Origin: Candidatus Nomurabacteria bacterium | Lineage (GTDB): Bacteria; Patescibacteriota; Minisyncoccia; Phycocordibacterales; CALRBL01 | Assembly (NCBI GenBank): GCA_963834935.1 | Contig: CAWIDS010000001.1 | Location: 236,499-300,498 of the forward strand | Direction of reading: 5' to 3' | DNA length: 64,000 bases | The notes under the pieces: model-generated | What the model was told of the DNA's origin: nothing | The model's input: only the letters and a program-made list of their open reading frames with translations | Databases searched by the model: none | Position numbers and translations under genes: made by a program | In this document: positions 19,387 through 27,399 of the stretch, one piece after another | How the letters are laid out: each line of letters begins with the position of its first letter | Position numbering within the stretch: position 1 is the first letter of the stretch

Positions 19387-19759
19387 ACAGATTTAACTTC
19401 CTAATTTCTTGAAATGTCGCCAGTAGGAGGAAATATCACAGCAGACATAATCAATTGATTGGGCGAGGAAGGTGTACACCGCCTCTAGGATTTGTATGAG
19501 AGTCATTAGCTCTCGCTCCATAATTATTCTTAGTGCTTCCAGCCTGCTTGTAATATCGCCCCCTACTTGGGACATTTCATCATTCAATTTTCAATAAACT
19601 AACCAACCCCCTGATCACTTGTGACAGGGGGATTGGTTCTTAATCGATACATGCCCTTTTTACCCCGCAGTCAGTCTTTTGTATCGGACCTATGCGGAAA
19701 CCTATATTTTCCAACGTCTTTTTAGTTCAAATCCCTGAGACCCTCGGTATTTAAAGTAC

Positions 19760-19788
19760 TTGACATAAGCTATATATGGGTGTATAAT
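19760..19788 (+). promoter_or_regulatory. Consensus sigma70-type promoter (TTGACA, 17 bp, TATAAT) for the DGR target gene
   Basis: TTGACA at 19760-19765. Exactly 17-bp spacer. TATAAT at 19783-19788, preceded by TG. Confidence 0.6.
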
Positions 19789-19822
19789 CTACAAGCAAGA
19801 TAGTTCTTTGAGAAGAAGCATG

Positions 19823-19871
19823 TTGAGACGAGCTTTTTGTGCCTGTATCGGGCTTAAAAAGCTCGTCTCAA
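19823..19871 (+). promoter_or_regulatory. Perfect 16-bp inverted repeat (stem-loop) in the 5' leader between the promoter and the RBS
   Basis: TTGAGACGAGCTTTTT (19823-38) and AAAAAGCTCGTCTCAA (19856-71), with a 17-nt loop. No U-tract follows, so it is not a terminator. Confidence 0.5.
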
Positions 19872-19920
19872 TTCTGGGACAAGACGCAACCGCTGGAGCG
19901 TATCCGGTACAATAAAGGAG

Positions 19921-20607
19921 ATGACGACGATGCCAAAAGCATTGACCACATCACACGTTACTGCACGGGATCCAAAAGGTCTCCGTTTCATGGAAAAAGT
20001 CGAGGCCGCCTTCAACAAGTCCGGCCTCACCGAAGAAGAAGCGCAACGCATCAATGAGGCCCCCGGTCTCAACGATCACATCGCGCAATTCATCGAAAAG
20101 TTTCGGAACGACAAGTTCGCCCTGCTCGTTGATCTCGGCACCATCACGGTGCCCGATGACTACGTTCACGGCAGTCGGCTCACGACGTTTGGTAAGAAAC
20201 ACCGCAAGGAGTTTTATTACTACAACGACAACATCACCGACGGGAACTTCGGCAATCCCTCCCGTGTGCTCAAGCCAGGCGACAAGCTCCGCGTTCGCGC
20301 GTACAAGCAAGTCACCCCCGGCGAGACCACATCGGAAGAGCGCATGGCGTTTCTTGCCACGCAGAAGGCCGTGCTCGTCGGAGCTCAAGGGGCTTCCCTC
20401 GTCTACGAACAGAAACGCGCTCAACTGCCGAAGGGTAAGTGGTACGTTTCCTTCGATGAGAAGGATCGCCTTTGGGAAGATGCCGGCGGCTGCCGCAGGG
20501 TGCCGTACGTGAGTGCCCACTCGGGTGGCGACTTCCACTTCCACCTCGGCTACTTCGAGAACCCCTGGAGCGACGACTTCGTCCTGCTGTGCTTCTGCGA
20601 CGAGTAG
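19921..20607 (+). CDS. DGR variable (target) protein. The C-terminal ~41 codons form the variable repeat. The start is more likely the ATG at 19930, which has an AAGGAG RBS.
   Basis: 228 aa and GC-rich (~57%) against the neighbouring sequence. The 3' end (20480-20602) is near-identical to a downstream repeat, with every mismatch at a template adenine. Confidence 0.7.
   Translation: MTTMPKALTTSHVTARDPKGLRFMEKVEAAFNKSGLTEEEAQRINEAPGLNDHIAQFIEKFRNDKFALLVDLGTITVPDDYVHGSRLTTFGKKHRKEFYYYNDNITDGNFGNPSRVLKPGDKLRVRAYKQVTPGETTSEERMAFLATQKAVLVGAQGASLVYEQKRAQLPKGKWYVSFDEKDRLWEDAGGCRRVPYVSAHSGGDFHFHLGYFENPWSDDFVLLCFCDE
20480..20602 (+). repeat. DGR variable repeat (VR)
   Basis: 123 bp aligned to 20952-21074. 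There are 15 mismatches and all lie where the template has A (VR has G, T or C). Confidence 0.8.
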
Positions 20608-20658
20608 TCCTTGGAAACTTGGATACTTAAGTTAGTTACTTCGGGTCTTAGACCCTTT

Positions 20659-20699
20659 GAGCCCGCGCGAGACTTTTTCGCGCGGGCTCTTTCTTTTTT
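20659..20699 (+). terminator. Rho-independent terminator after the DGR target gene
   Basis: GAGCCCGCGCG...CGCGCGGGCTC, an 11-bp GC stem, followed by TTTCTTTTTTG. Confidence 0.6.
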
Positions 20700-20951
20700 G
20701 TATAATAATTTCGGAACTTAGATAGCGCATGCGGTCACTAGAATTTCTTAGATTTCATGCCATCGAATTCTCGTATAAGGAATCGGCGAGCAATTTCTTG
20801 GGTACGCCTTAGAGATGAGTGCCACCTTTTATGAAAAAATCAAATAAGTCGGTGCGATGTGTCAGCGAGTGAATACTCGGAATAAAATACAGAGGGGAAC
20901 CGGTGTTCCTCTTGGTGGAATAGACGACACGTCGTACATTGCTGGTAGGCT

Positions 20952-21074
20952 ATGCCGACGGCAACCACAGGGTGCCGAACGTGAATGCCAACTCGGATGG
21001 CGACTTCAACTTCAACCTCGGCAACTTCGAGAACCCCTGGAACGACGACAACGTCCTGCTGTGCTTCTGCAACT
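20952..21074 (+). repeat. DGR template repeat (TR)
   Basis: Non-coding copy of the VR that keeps adenines at every variable position. Lies between the target gene and the avd-like gene. Confidence 0.8.
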
Positions 21075-21090
21075 CAAATGATTTCTCCCG

Positions 21091-21408
21091 CTATTTGTTA
21101 GCGGGAGTTTTGTCTCCGAGGTTTTTCTTCCAACCACCGAGCATCCGGCCGACTTCATCAAGGAGGAGTATGAACTCACCATAGCTTTTATGGTCAATGA
21201 CTTTGTGTTCCCAGCTTACTTGCAGAAAAAACTTCAACAGATCGGCTTTTGCAATAGCTTGAGATACAAGCGACAGTTTCTCGAATTTGTCGTAGGCAAA
21301 ACAAGCTCTGAATATGAGTTCAAGAAGAGAGAGGAAAATATCATCAACTCTGGCACCGATCGTGTAGCGATCGACGCGTTTTAGATTTACGATTGAGCCA
21401 TGCCACAC
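21091..21408 (-). CDS. avd: Avd-like four-helix-bundle protein (DGR accessory variability determinant; '23S rRNA intervening-sequence protein' family)
   Basis: 105 aa. C-terminal LLLDEVGRMLGGWKKNL resembles bAvd ...LIAEVGRILGSWIARVN. Matched from recalled sequence. Confidence 0.55.
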   Translation of the reverse strand: MWHGSIVNLKRVDRYTIGARVDDIFLSLLELIFRACFAYDKFEKLSLVSQAIAKADLLKFFLQVSWEHKVIDHKSYGEFILLLDEVGRMLGGWKKNLGDKTPANK

Positions 21409-21472
21409 TTGGTATGCTTCCTTCGCGCGTACAAGAACGAGCGGAATCGTGGGGGGGGTTACTTCCTAGTTT

Positions 21473-21688
21473 ATGCTGACTCATACATACAATTCTATCA
21501 TCACGATCGAAAATTTACTTCTCACATGGGAGAAATTTTTGCGTGGCAAAAGACGCAAAAGAGATGTCATACAATTTCAGGCAGAGCTCGCGGCGAATAT
21601 TGTGAGTCTGTATGCCGATTTGAAAAACAAGACGTATGTGACCCGGTCCCCAAATTTTAAACACCCCTTCTACACAATTAACAGCTAA
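21473..21688 (+). pseudogene. Reverse transcriptase N-terminal fragment (DGR RT), cut short by the IS3-family insertion
   Basis: SIITIENLLLTWEKFLRGKRRKRDVIQFQAELAANIVSLYADLKNKTY matches the conserved N-terminal region of DGR/retron-type RTs. Motifs 1-7 are absent. The ORF stops at the IS boundary. Confidence 0.6.
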
Positions 21689-21704
21689 TTTGTAGAATAC
21701 ATAC

Positions 21705-21956
21705 ATGAAGAAATATCGTATCGCTCCCGAAGTAAAGGAGCAGGTTTTAGGTAGGATTAAAAATGATGGCATATCGGTAGCGGAAGCGGCTAAAGACCAC
21801 GGAGTTTCCACCCACACCATATACAAGTGGCTGGGAGGCTCGGCGGACGGTCCCTCGTATGCCGAGATGGCACGACTCAGAAAGGAAAACAAAGCTCTTC
21901 TTGAACTGGTTGGAGAGATGACTCTCAAGCTGTCTGAATCCCAAAAAAAGAATTGA
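21705..21956 (+). CDS. IS3-family transposase OrfA (HTH)
   Basis: 83 aa. ISVAEAAKDHGVSTHTIYKWL helix-turn-helix and a leucine-zipper-like C-terminus. Confidence 0.8.
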   Translation: MKKYRIAPEVKEQVLGRIKNDGISVAEAAKDHGVSTHTIYKWLGGSADGPSYAEMARLRKENKALLELVGEMTLKLSESQKKN

Positions 21957-22774
21957 GGAGTATGAAATCTTCTGACAAATCAACGCTTGCCAGGGAGCTT
22001 GGCGTTTCTCGAGGCACTTTGTACTACAAGCCAAAGAAACCTGACAGGGATTGGGTGCTGAAGTGCCGGATTGAGGAAACCCTCAGGGAGCATCCCTCAT
22101 ACGGCTCAAGAAGGATTGCTATCCACCTCAAAATGAACCGAAAACCTGTTCAAAGAGTCATGAGCATATTCGGCATCAAAGCATATCGCAGGCGTGGCAG
22201 AAAATGGAAGAAAACAAGGAATATCAAGGTCACTTACCCCAATCTGTTGTTGACGGAATACCCTTCATGCGAGAACCATATCTGGGTGTCGGACTTCACC
22301 AGAATTCCTTTTCAAGGGAAGGTTGTGTATGTGGCAACCGTTGAGGACTTGTTCACCAGGAAAGTGGTTGGTGTGTCGGTCTACACCAACCATTCGGTGC
22401 AACTGACCTTGTCAGCCTTGATGAATGCGATGCTTTCAAATTCAAGACCGGAAATATTTCACTCCGACAATGGCAGTGAGTACAATTCGGAGACATTTGT
22501 TGGAGCATTGCAAACAGTCGGAGTATCCATTTCCCGTTCAGCTCCCGGCTGTCCATGGGAGAACGGCTACCAGGAATCGTTCTATGACAAATTCAAGGTG
22601 GAGCTTGGAGATCCTTCCCGATTCAAAACACTCGGTGAACTCGTCTCAGAAATGTACCGACTGATCCACTACTACAATCAAAGCCGCATACATTCCGCAC
22701 TTAAAATGTCTCCGTCAGAATTTGCGAAAATACAGAAAAAAGAGTTAAACTTAGTGAGTAGAATGAGTGTCTAA
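21953..22774 (+). CDS. IS3-family transposase OrfB (DDE/rve integrase core)
   Basis: WVSDFT...HSDNGSEY...ENGYQESF gives the D, D and E catalytic residues with the typical spacing. Confidence 0.85.
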   Translation: MRSMKSSDKSTLARELGVSRGTLYYKPKKPDRDWVLKCRIEETLREHPSYGSRRIAIHLKMNRKPVQRVMSIFGIKAYRRRGRKWKKTRNIKVTYPNLLLTEYPSCENHIWVSDFTRIPFQGKVVYVATVEDLFTRKVVGVSVYTNHSVQLTLSALMNAMLSNSRPEIFHSDNGSEYNSETFVGALQTVGVSISRSAPGCPWENGYQESFYDKFKVELGDPSRFKTLGELVSEMYRLIHYYNQSRIHSALKMSPSEFAKIQKKELNLVSRMSV

Positions 22775-23509
22775 AGAAAGGGGTCCGGTACACGGGTACC
22801 ATTTTTCCAATGGATCAATTGTGAGTGTTGTATACCCTACGATTGTGCGGAGTGTTTCAATTTTTTCAACATTCAGTTTGAATTTTTTTAGAAGTTTTTT
22901 AGCATCCTCTTTCAATGCGCCAAAATTAAATTGAAAATCAGGCTGTCTTGTATAGTATCTAGTTCGCTCTGGCTTCCAGCTATCGGAATAACGGGGAGCT
23001 AAGTCAAAGGTGTGGAGCATGCGAAGAAAATTGTAGAGGTAATCACACAACATCAATTCGCTAGGCCAACCGGTAGGACCTCTTTGTTCCTTTTTATTAG
23101 CAATATTAAAACTCATTGCACCGCCATTACCCCAAGAAATATACCTTGTTACAGGTTGTTGATTCTGCATTCTCCTAGAATCCGGACTTTCTAATTTTCC
23201 CTCCTCATTAATAATGTTATTGCTCAACTGCAATACTATGTAGATCTGAAATGGGCTGTAATAATGAACAGGTTGTTCTTTCATTGACCCATCGTTTTGC
23301 AACACAGATTGTTCAGCTATCAAAAGCGGCTTAAGAAATCCGTCGCTCTCCATAGCTGTCAAAAAATTTTTCTCTACGTACCGATGAAATTTGCCTGTCA
23401 TGGTCACAACCCTATTATTAGAATCATTGCAGTAATAGATAAAATTGTCTTCTGAAAGAAGCTGGTCTTTTTTTATTTCAGCATTTTTGACTCTAGTTAT
23501 TTTTTCCAT
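22751..23509 (-). CDS. Hypothetical protein (AT-rich)
   Basis: 252-aa ORF with no recognisable motifs. Abuts the IS3 right end. Confidence 0.4.
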   Translation of the reverse strand: MEKITRVKNAEIKKDQLLSEDNFIYYCNDSNNRVVTMTGKFHRYVEKNFLTAMESDGFLKPLLIAEQSVLQNDGSMKEQPVHYYSPFQIYIVLQLSNNIINEEGKLESPDSRRMQNQQPVTRYISWGNGGAMSFNIANKKEQRGPTGWPSELMLCDYLYNFLRMLHTFDLAPRYSDSWKPERTRYYTRQPDFQFNFGALKEDAKKLLKKFKLNVEKIETLRTIVGYTTLTIDPLEKWYPCTGPLSLDTHSTH

Positions 23510-23919
23510 ATGAGTTGATAGTTCATAATAATTTACCTTTAATCTACTCCTTTTTCCTTTTTATTCAAATCAATACAAAGCAACATAGTTACTAACTTGT
23601 CAACTCAAATGCATAAAACGTAACTACGGGTTGTTGATCTGTATTATAGCCCTATAAATAAAGGTTGTTTGGAAATTGGTGAAGAATACCTAAAACCTCA
23701 AAAATCGCTATTATTGGCATTTGTTGGCATTTCGACTTCAAAATTGCCATAATTGGAAAATGGGCGACCCTATGCGGAGACCTCAATATGTCATTGAGAA
23801 AATCGCCAAAATACCCTTATGGGGACTAGCCCCCAAAGTTTGAATCGTCGACACACCGCAGCGAACAAAGTGAACAAGGAGAAGAAAATACGAAGTGTTT
23901 TCGGAGGGTTCGAATCCCC

Positions 23920-24342
23920 ATGTGTATGCTTTACCACGGATCAAAAACGCCAGGAATAAAGATGTTAAAGCCATTTCCACATAATGGCGTTGATGGCGAA
24001 CCTGTTGTTTTTGCCACACCTGATATCCTTTTTGCCTTAGCAATGATTCATGGAACGGGCAATGAATTAGCGGTCGGCTATTTTGTAGACCTAGAGACGC
24101 GCAAGGAAGAAATGTATATTGATGAGCTCATGCCTGACGTAAGATTGATCCGCTCGGAACTTATCTCAAAATCTGTAACGCCGGTCATCTCAGAAACATC
24201 TTACCCCAGCATCCTTGCTGAACTGAAGAAGTACAACATAAACTTCGTCGGTTATGAGAATGTTCTAATAGAAATGCAAAAGCGGGGGAAAGATCCAAAG
24301 AAAGCAACGATTCTTTACAAATCTGACAGATTCGTAAACTAG
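23920..24342 (+). CDS. Hypothetical protein
   Basis: 140-aa ORF with no motifs. Confidence 0.35.
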   Translation: MCMLYHGSKTPGIKMLKPFPHNGVDGEPVVFATPDILFALAMIHGTGNELAVGYFVDLETRKEEMYIDELMPDVRLIRSELISKSVTPVISETSYPSILAELKKYNINFVGYENVLIEMQKRGKDPKKATILYKSDRFVN

Positions 24343-24432
24343 AGCCCTGACCCACATGCCTCGATTAAGGAAAAATTGATGTCTTGTTTATTATAGATAA
24401 TATCGGATTTGAAACAGAAAAATAGAATTCCA

Positions 24433-25143
24433 CTAAAAGAACGCCTCAGTATAAATTTTCTCTTCCGAAACCCCGCTATCGTGCAAGCCCCTCCACATGT
24501 CTCTGGTGAATGAAATCGATCCGCAAATCATGAACTCGGCATTTATTATTTCTTCGGAAACGGCATCGAGTACACGCTTGACGTTGATTCTCCCCATTGC
24601 AGCGAAGGGAATAGCGGCATCTTCCTGGGTAATATGATAGAAAATTTTCAGACTCGGATGCCGGGCCGCCAAATCCCCAAATTCTTTTTTAAAGACCAAC
24701 TCTTCAGCTTTCTTTGAGCTATGAAAAAGGAAAATTTTCCTCAAAGGTCTTTTCTTGAGTGCCTCAAAGATGATCGCGTGAAAAGGCGCCGCTCCGATGC
24801 CTGCCGCTATCATCACCAACGGCGTATTTTCTTCCTCGCTATAAAAATATCCGTATGGGTTTGAACCTGTCAGGATGTCGCCACTCTTCATCCCTACAAG
24901 CCTGTTCGAGAATTCTCCCATTGCCTTCACGCTGATAGTGAATCTTTTTTCTGAAACTCTTCCGGAAATGCTGTAGGCTTTGCCTTCCGGCGTGCCACTT
25001 TCCGGAAAATAAGCAGTGACGTACTGCCCGGCGATGAAAGAAAAAACCTCGCCGTCTTCCCTTTCCAATGCCAAAGTAGTGACGTGGTCCGTCTCTTTTC
25101 TTACCTCGATTACCCTGTACCTTATCTTATTTTCCTCCTTCAT
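24433..25143 (-). CDS. FNR-like FAD/NAD(P)-binding oxidoreductase (PyrK/flavodoxin-reductase-like)
   Basis: 236 aa. N-terminal beta-barrel FAD domain, then MIAAGIGAAPF NAD-binding glycine motif. Confidence 0.65.
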   Translation of the reverse strand: MKEENKIRYRVIEVRKETDHVTTLALEREDGEVFSFIAGQYVTAYFPESGTPEGKAYSISGRVSEKRFTISVKAMGEFSNRLVGMKSGDILTGSNPYGYFYSEEENTPLVMIAAGIGAAPFHAIIFEALKKRPLRKIFLFHSSKKAEELVFKKEFGDLAARHPSLKIFYHITQEDAAIPFAAMGRINVKRVLDAVSEEIINAEFMICGSISFTRDMWRGLHDSGVSEEKIYTEAFF

Positions 25144-25540
25144 AATCTATGATCGCTTCGCGAAGGGCCGCATGTCCCAGCACCGAGCAGTGATATTTCC
25201 TGTCCGGAAGGCCTTCAAGCCTTTCGATAATCGCTTCCGGGGTGATGCGCTTCGCTCGAGCTATGGTCATGCCGCCCTTTTCCGTCGCCATCACCGACAT
25301 CATAGATGTGGAGGCTATCGCCGAAGCGCAGCCGAACGTCCGCCACTTGCATTCGGCGATCCTACCAGTTTTTCTGTCGACCTTTATCCATACTGCCATC
25401 ATATCGCCGCAGGCTGGGCTTCCGACCACCCCGACGCCATCCGCCGCATATTCCGCTTCATCAAGCAGGATATTCCGAGGATTGAAAAAATGGTCCTTCA
25501 CGATGTCGCTGTAAAGCCAATTGACGTCTTTATTATTCAT
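25127..25540 (-). CDS. IscU/NifU-like Fe-S cluster scaffold
   Basis: GSPACGDMM...CKWRTFGCASAIAS holds the three conserved cysteines. Confidence 0.85.
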   Translation of the reverse strand: MNNKDVNWLYSDIVKDHFFNPRNILLDEAEYAADGVGVVGSPACGDMMAVWIKVDRKTGRIAECKWRTFGCASAIASTSMMSVMATEKGGMTIARAKRITPEAIIERLEGLPDRKYHCSVLGHAALREAIIDYEGGK

Positions 25541-26738
25541 ATTTTTTTACGGTTAAAGATGACATATTCTTCAGCGTCTCGATGATACCAGGAAAAACAG
25601 ACATCACCTGATTGATCTGAGAGAGCGTTGTCTGCCTTCCGAGCGAGAAACGGATGCTGCCGTGCACGAGCCCTGAACTTTGGCCGAGCGCTATAAGGAC
25701 ATGCGAGGGCTTGAGATCAAAAGCCGAACACGCCGAGCCGGTGCTCGCCTCGATGCCGTACGTGTCGAGCATCAGCAAAATGGATTCTCCCTCGATGAAA
25801 GGCAACGAGACATGGATATTGTTCGGCAATCGCTTTTCTGGATGGCCGTTTAGTATGATATCTGGGATCTCTTCGGCCAAGCGGCGGATAAAATAGTCCC
25901 GCATCGGAGCAAGCTTTCTTGATTCGGCTTCGCGCTGGCCATCAGCCCTTTTCAAGGCTCGAGCGAAGCCCACTATCAAAGAAAGGCTTTCGGTTCCCGC
26001 CCGTATGTTCATTTCCTGTTCTCCCCCAACAATGATAGGACTTATCCGTATTCCCTTCCTTTTGTACAGCATCCCGATTCCTTTCGGGCCATATATCTTC
26101 GAGCCGTTCAATGTCATCAAGTCGACGCCCAGCTCTTTCACATCCAGGCTCAGGAATCCCGCCGCTTGGCATGCGTCGGTATGAAAAAAAGGAAACATAC
26201 CCGATCTGCAACGGCTTCTTATCGCTTCAGCCAGTTCCTTGATAGGCTCGATCGTTCCGATCTCATTGTTCGCATACATGACCGAAATGAGAATCGTTTT
26301 AGACGTGACATTCCTGATGCATTCATCGACGCTGATCATGCCGAATTTATCTACAGGGAGGATCGTCAGCAAAAACCCTTCTTGCTCAAGCTGTCGTGCT
26401 GCCTCGATCACCGCCTTATGCTCCACTGCCGAGATTATGATGTGATTGCCTTCTTTCGCATAAGCGCGAGCGATTCCAAGCAAAGCCAGATTGTCCGACT
26501 CCGTTCCCGATCCGGTGAAGATTATCTCTTCTGGCGAGGCATTGATAACCCTTGCTACTTCGTCGCGCGCTTCGGAAATCACCCTTTTCGCTCTCCTGCC
26601 GCTCGAATGAAGAGAAGACGGATTGGAATACTTCGCAGCGAAATACGGTAGCATACTTTCAAGCACCTTCGGATCGAGAGGAGTGGTAGCGGCGTAGTCC
26701 ATATATATGGTATTAGCGGATTCCACAGTAATCCACAT
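25533..26738 (-). CDS. iscS: Cysteine desulfurase (NifS/IscS, class V aminotransferase)
   Basis: 401 aa. SGTESDNLAL, PLP-lysine region SAVEHKAV, C-terminal SGSACS active-site cysteine loop. Confidence 0.85.
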   Translation of the reverse strand: MWITVESANTIYMDYAATTPLDPKVLESMLPYFAAKYSNPSSLHSSGRRAKRVISEARDEVARVINASPEEIIFTGSGTESDNLALLGIARAYAKEGNHIIISAVEHKAVIEAARQLEQEGFLLTILPVDKFGMISVDECIRNVTSKTILISVMYANNEIGTIEPIKELAEAIRSRCRSGMFPFFHTDACQAAGFLSLDVKELGVDLMTLNGSKIYGPKGIGMLYKRKGIRISPIIVGGEQEMNIRAGTESLSLIVGFARALKRADGQREAESRKLAPMRDYFIRRLAEEIPDIILNGHPEKRLPNNIHVSLPFIEGESILLMLDTYGIEASTGSACSAFDLKPSHVLIALGQSSGLVHGSIRFSLGRQTTLSQINQVMSVFPGIIETLKNMSSLTVKKYE

Positions 26739-27399
26739 GCTTAGCTAGTAATGCTTGAAAGGACTTGAACTCATCATCGCTATAAGTGACCTTCTTCCTG
26801 AACTGGGCGTTCAGGATCTTGGTAGGGATGAATTTCTGTAAATAATATCTTCTCGCCCCCATGATTTCCTTGCCAATTTCCTGGATATCTTCCGGCGACA
26901 ACATGGCCTTTATGACTGTCGTCCGGAATTCATAATCGACCGCATTTTCCATGAGAATAGCTATGCTTTTCCTGATTGCATCACTATCCACCGGATGCGC
27001 CGCGATCGATTCATATTTCGAAAGCGGCGACTTTATATCCATAGCTATATAATCGACTAATCGCCTATCAATCGCCTTCTGTATGATCTCAGGGCGCGTG
27101 CCGTTCGAATCGAGCTTCACCAAGTATCCCCTTTTCTTCACTTCTTCCATGAAATCAAGCAGGTCGCCGTGCATGGTAGGCTCGCCGCCAGTGATAACCA
27201 CGCCATCGAGCATATTCTTGCGCTTATCGAGAAAATCAAGGATCTGCCTTTCGCTGTAAGTCTTCTCGACCGTCTCGTCTACAAGCTCAGGATTGTGGCA
27301 ATAGGGGCAGCGGAAGTTGCAGCCGATAGTATAAACCATGCAGGCTACTTTTCCCGGATAGTCGATGAGGGTGAATTTTTCAAATCCTCCAAAGGTCAT
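26713..27399 (-). CDS. nrdG: Anaerobic ribonucleotide reductase activating protein NrdG (radical SAM)
   Basis: CNFRCPYCHN radical-SAM cluster motif. The start at MTFGGFEKF overlaps the nrdD stop as ATGA. The 299-aa track ORF is an upstream extension. Confidence 0.8.
   Translation of the reverse strand: MTFGGFEKFTLIDYPGKVACMVYTIGCNFRCPYCHNPELVDETVEKTYSERQILDFLDKRKNMLDGVVITGGEPTMHGDLLDFMEEVKKRGYLVKLDSNGTRPEIIQKAIDRRLVDYIAMDIKSPLSKYESIAAHPVDSDAIRKSIAILMENAVDYEFRTTVIKAMLSPEDIQEIGKEIMGARRYYLQKFIPTKILNAQFRKKVTYSDDEFKSFQALLAKHVDYCGIR

Larger units (their letters stand above)
21690..22800 (+). mobile_element. IS3-family insertion sequence (boundaries approximate)
   Basis: orfA (HTH) and orfB (rve DDE integrase) with an A7G slippery site at 21943-21950 for a -1 frameshift. 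It sits inside the DGR RT gene. Confidence 0.6.

Noticed and set aside
19854-20544. ORFs 19854..20072(-), 19951..20544(-), 20054..20512(+)
   Set aside because: Long stop-free frames expected by chance in this ~57% GC gene. The promoter, RBS and VR/TR logic support only the plus frame 19921..20607.
21400-21660. ORF 21400..21660(+), 86 aa
   Set aside because: It is in a different frame from the recognisable RT N-terminal motif encoded by 21473..21688 and has no motif.
22751-23509. Continuation of the DGR reverse transcriptase after the IS3 element
   Set aside because: Neither strand encodes RT catalytic motifs (no YxDD) downstream of the IS. The only long ORF is an unrelated minus-strand hypothetical protein.
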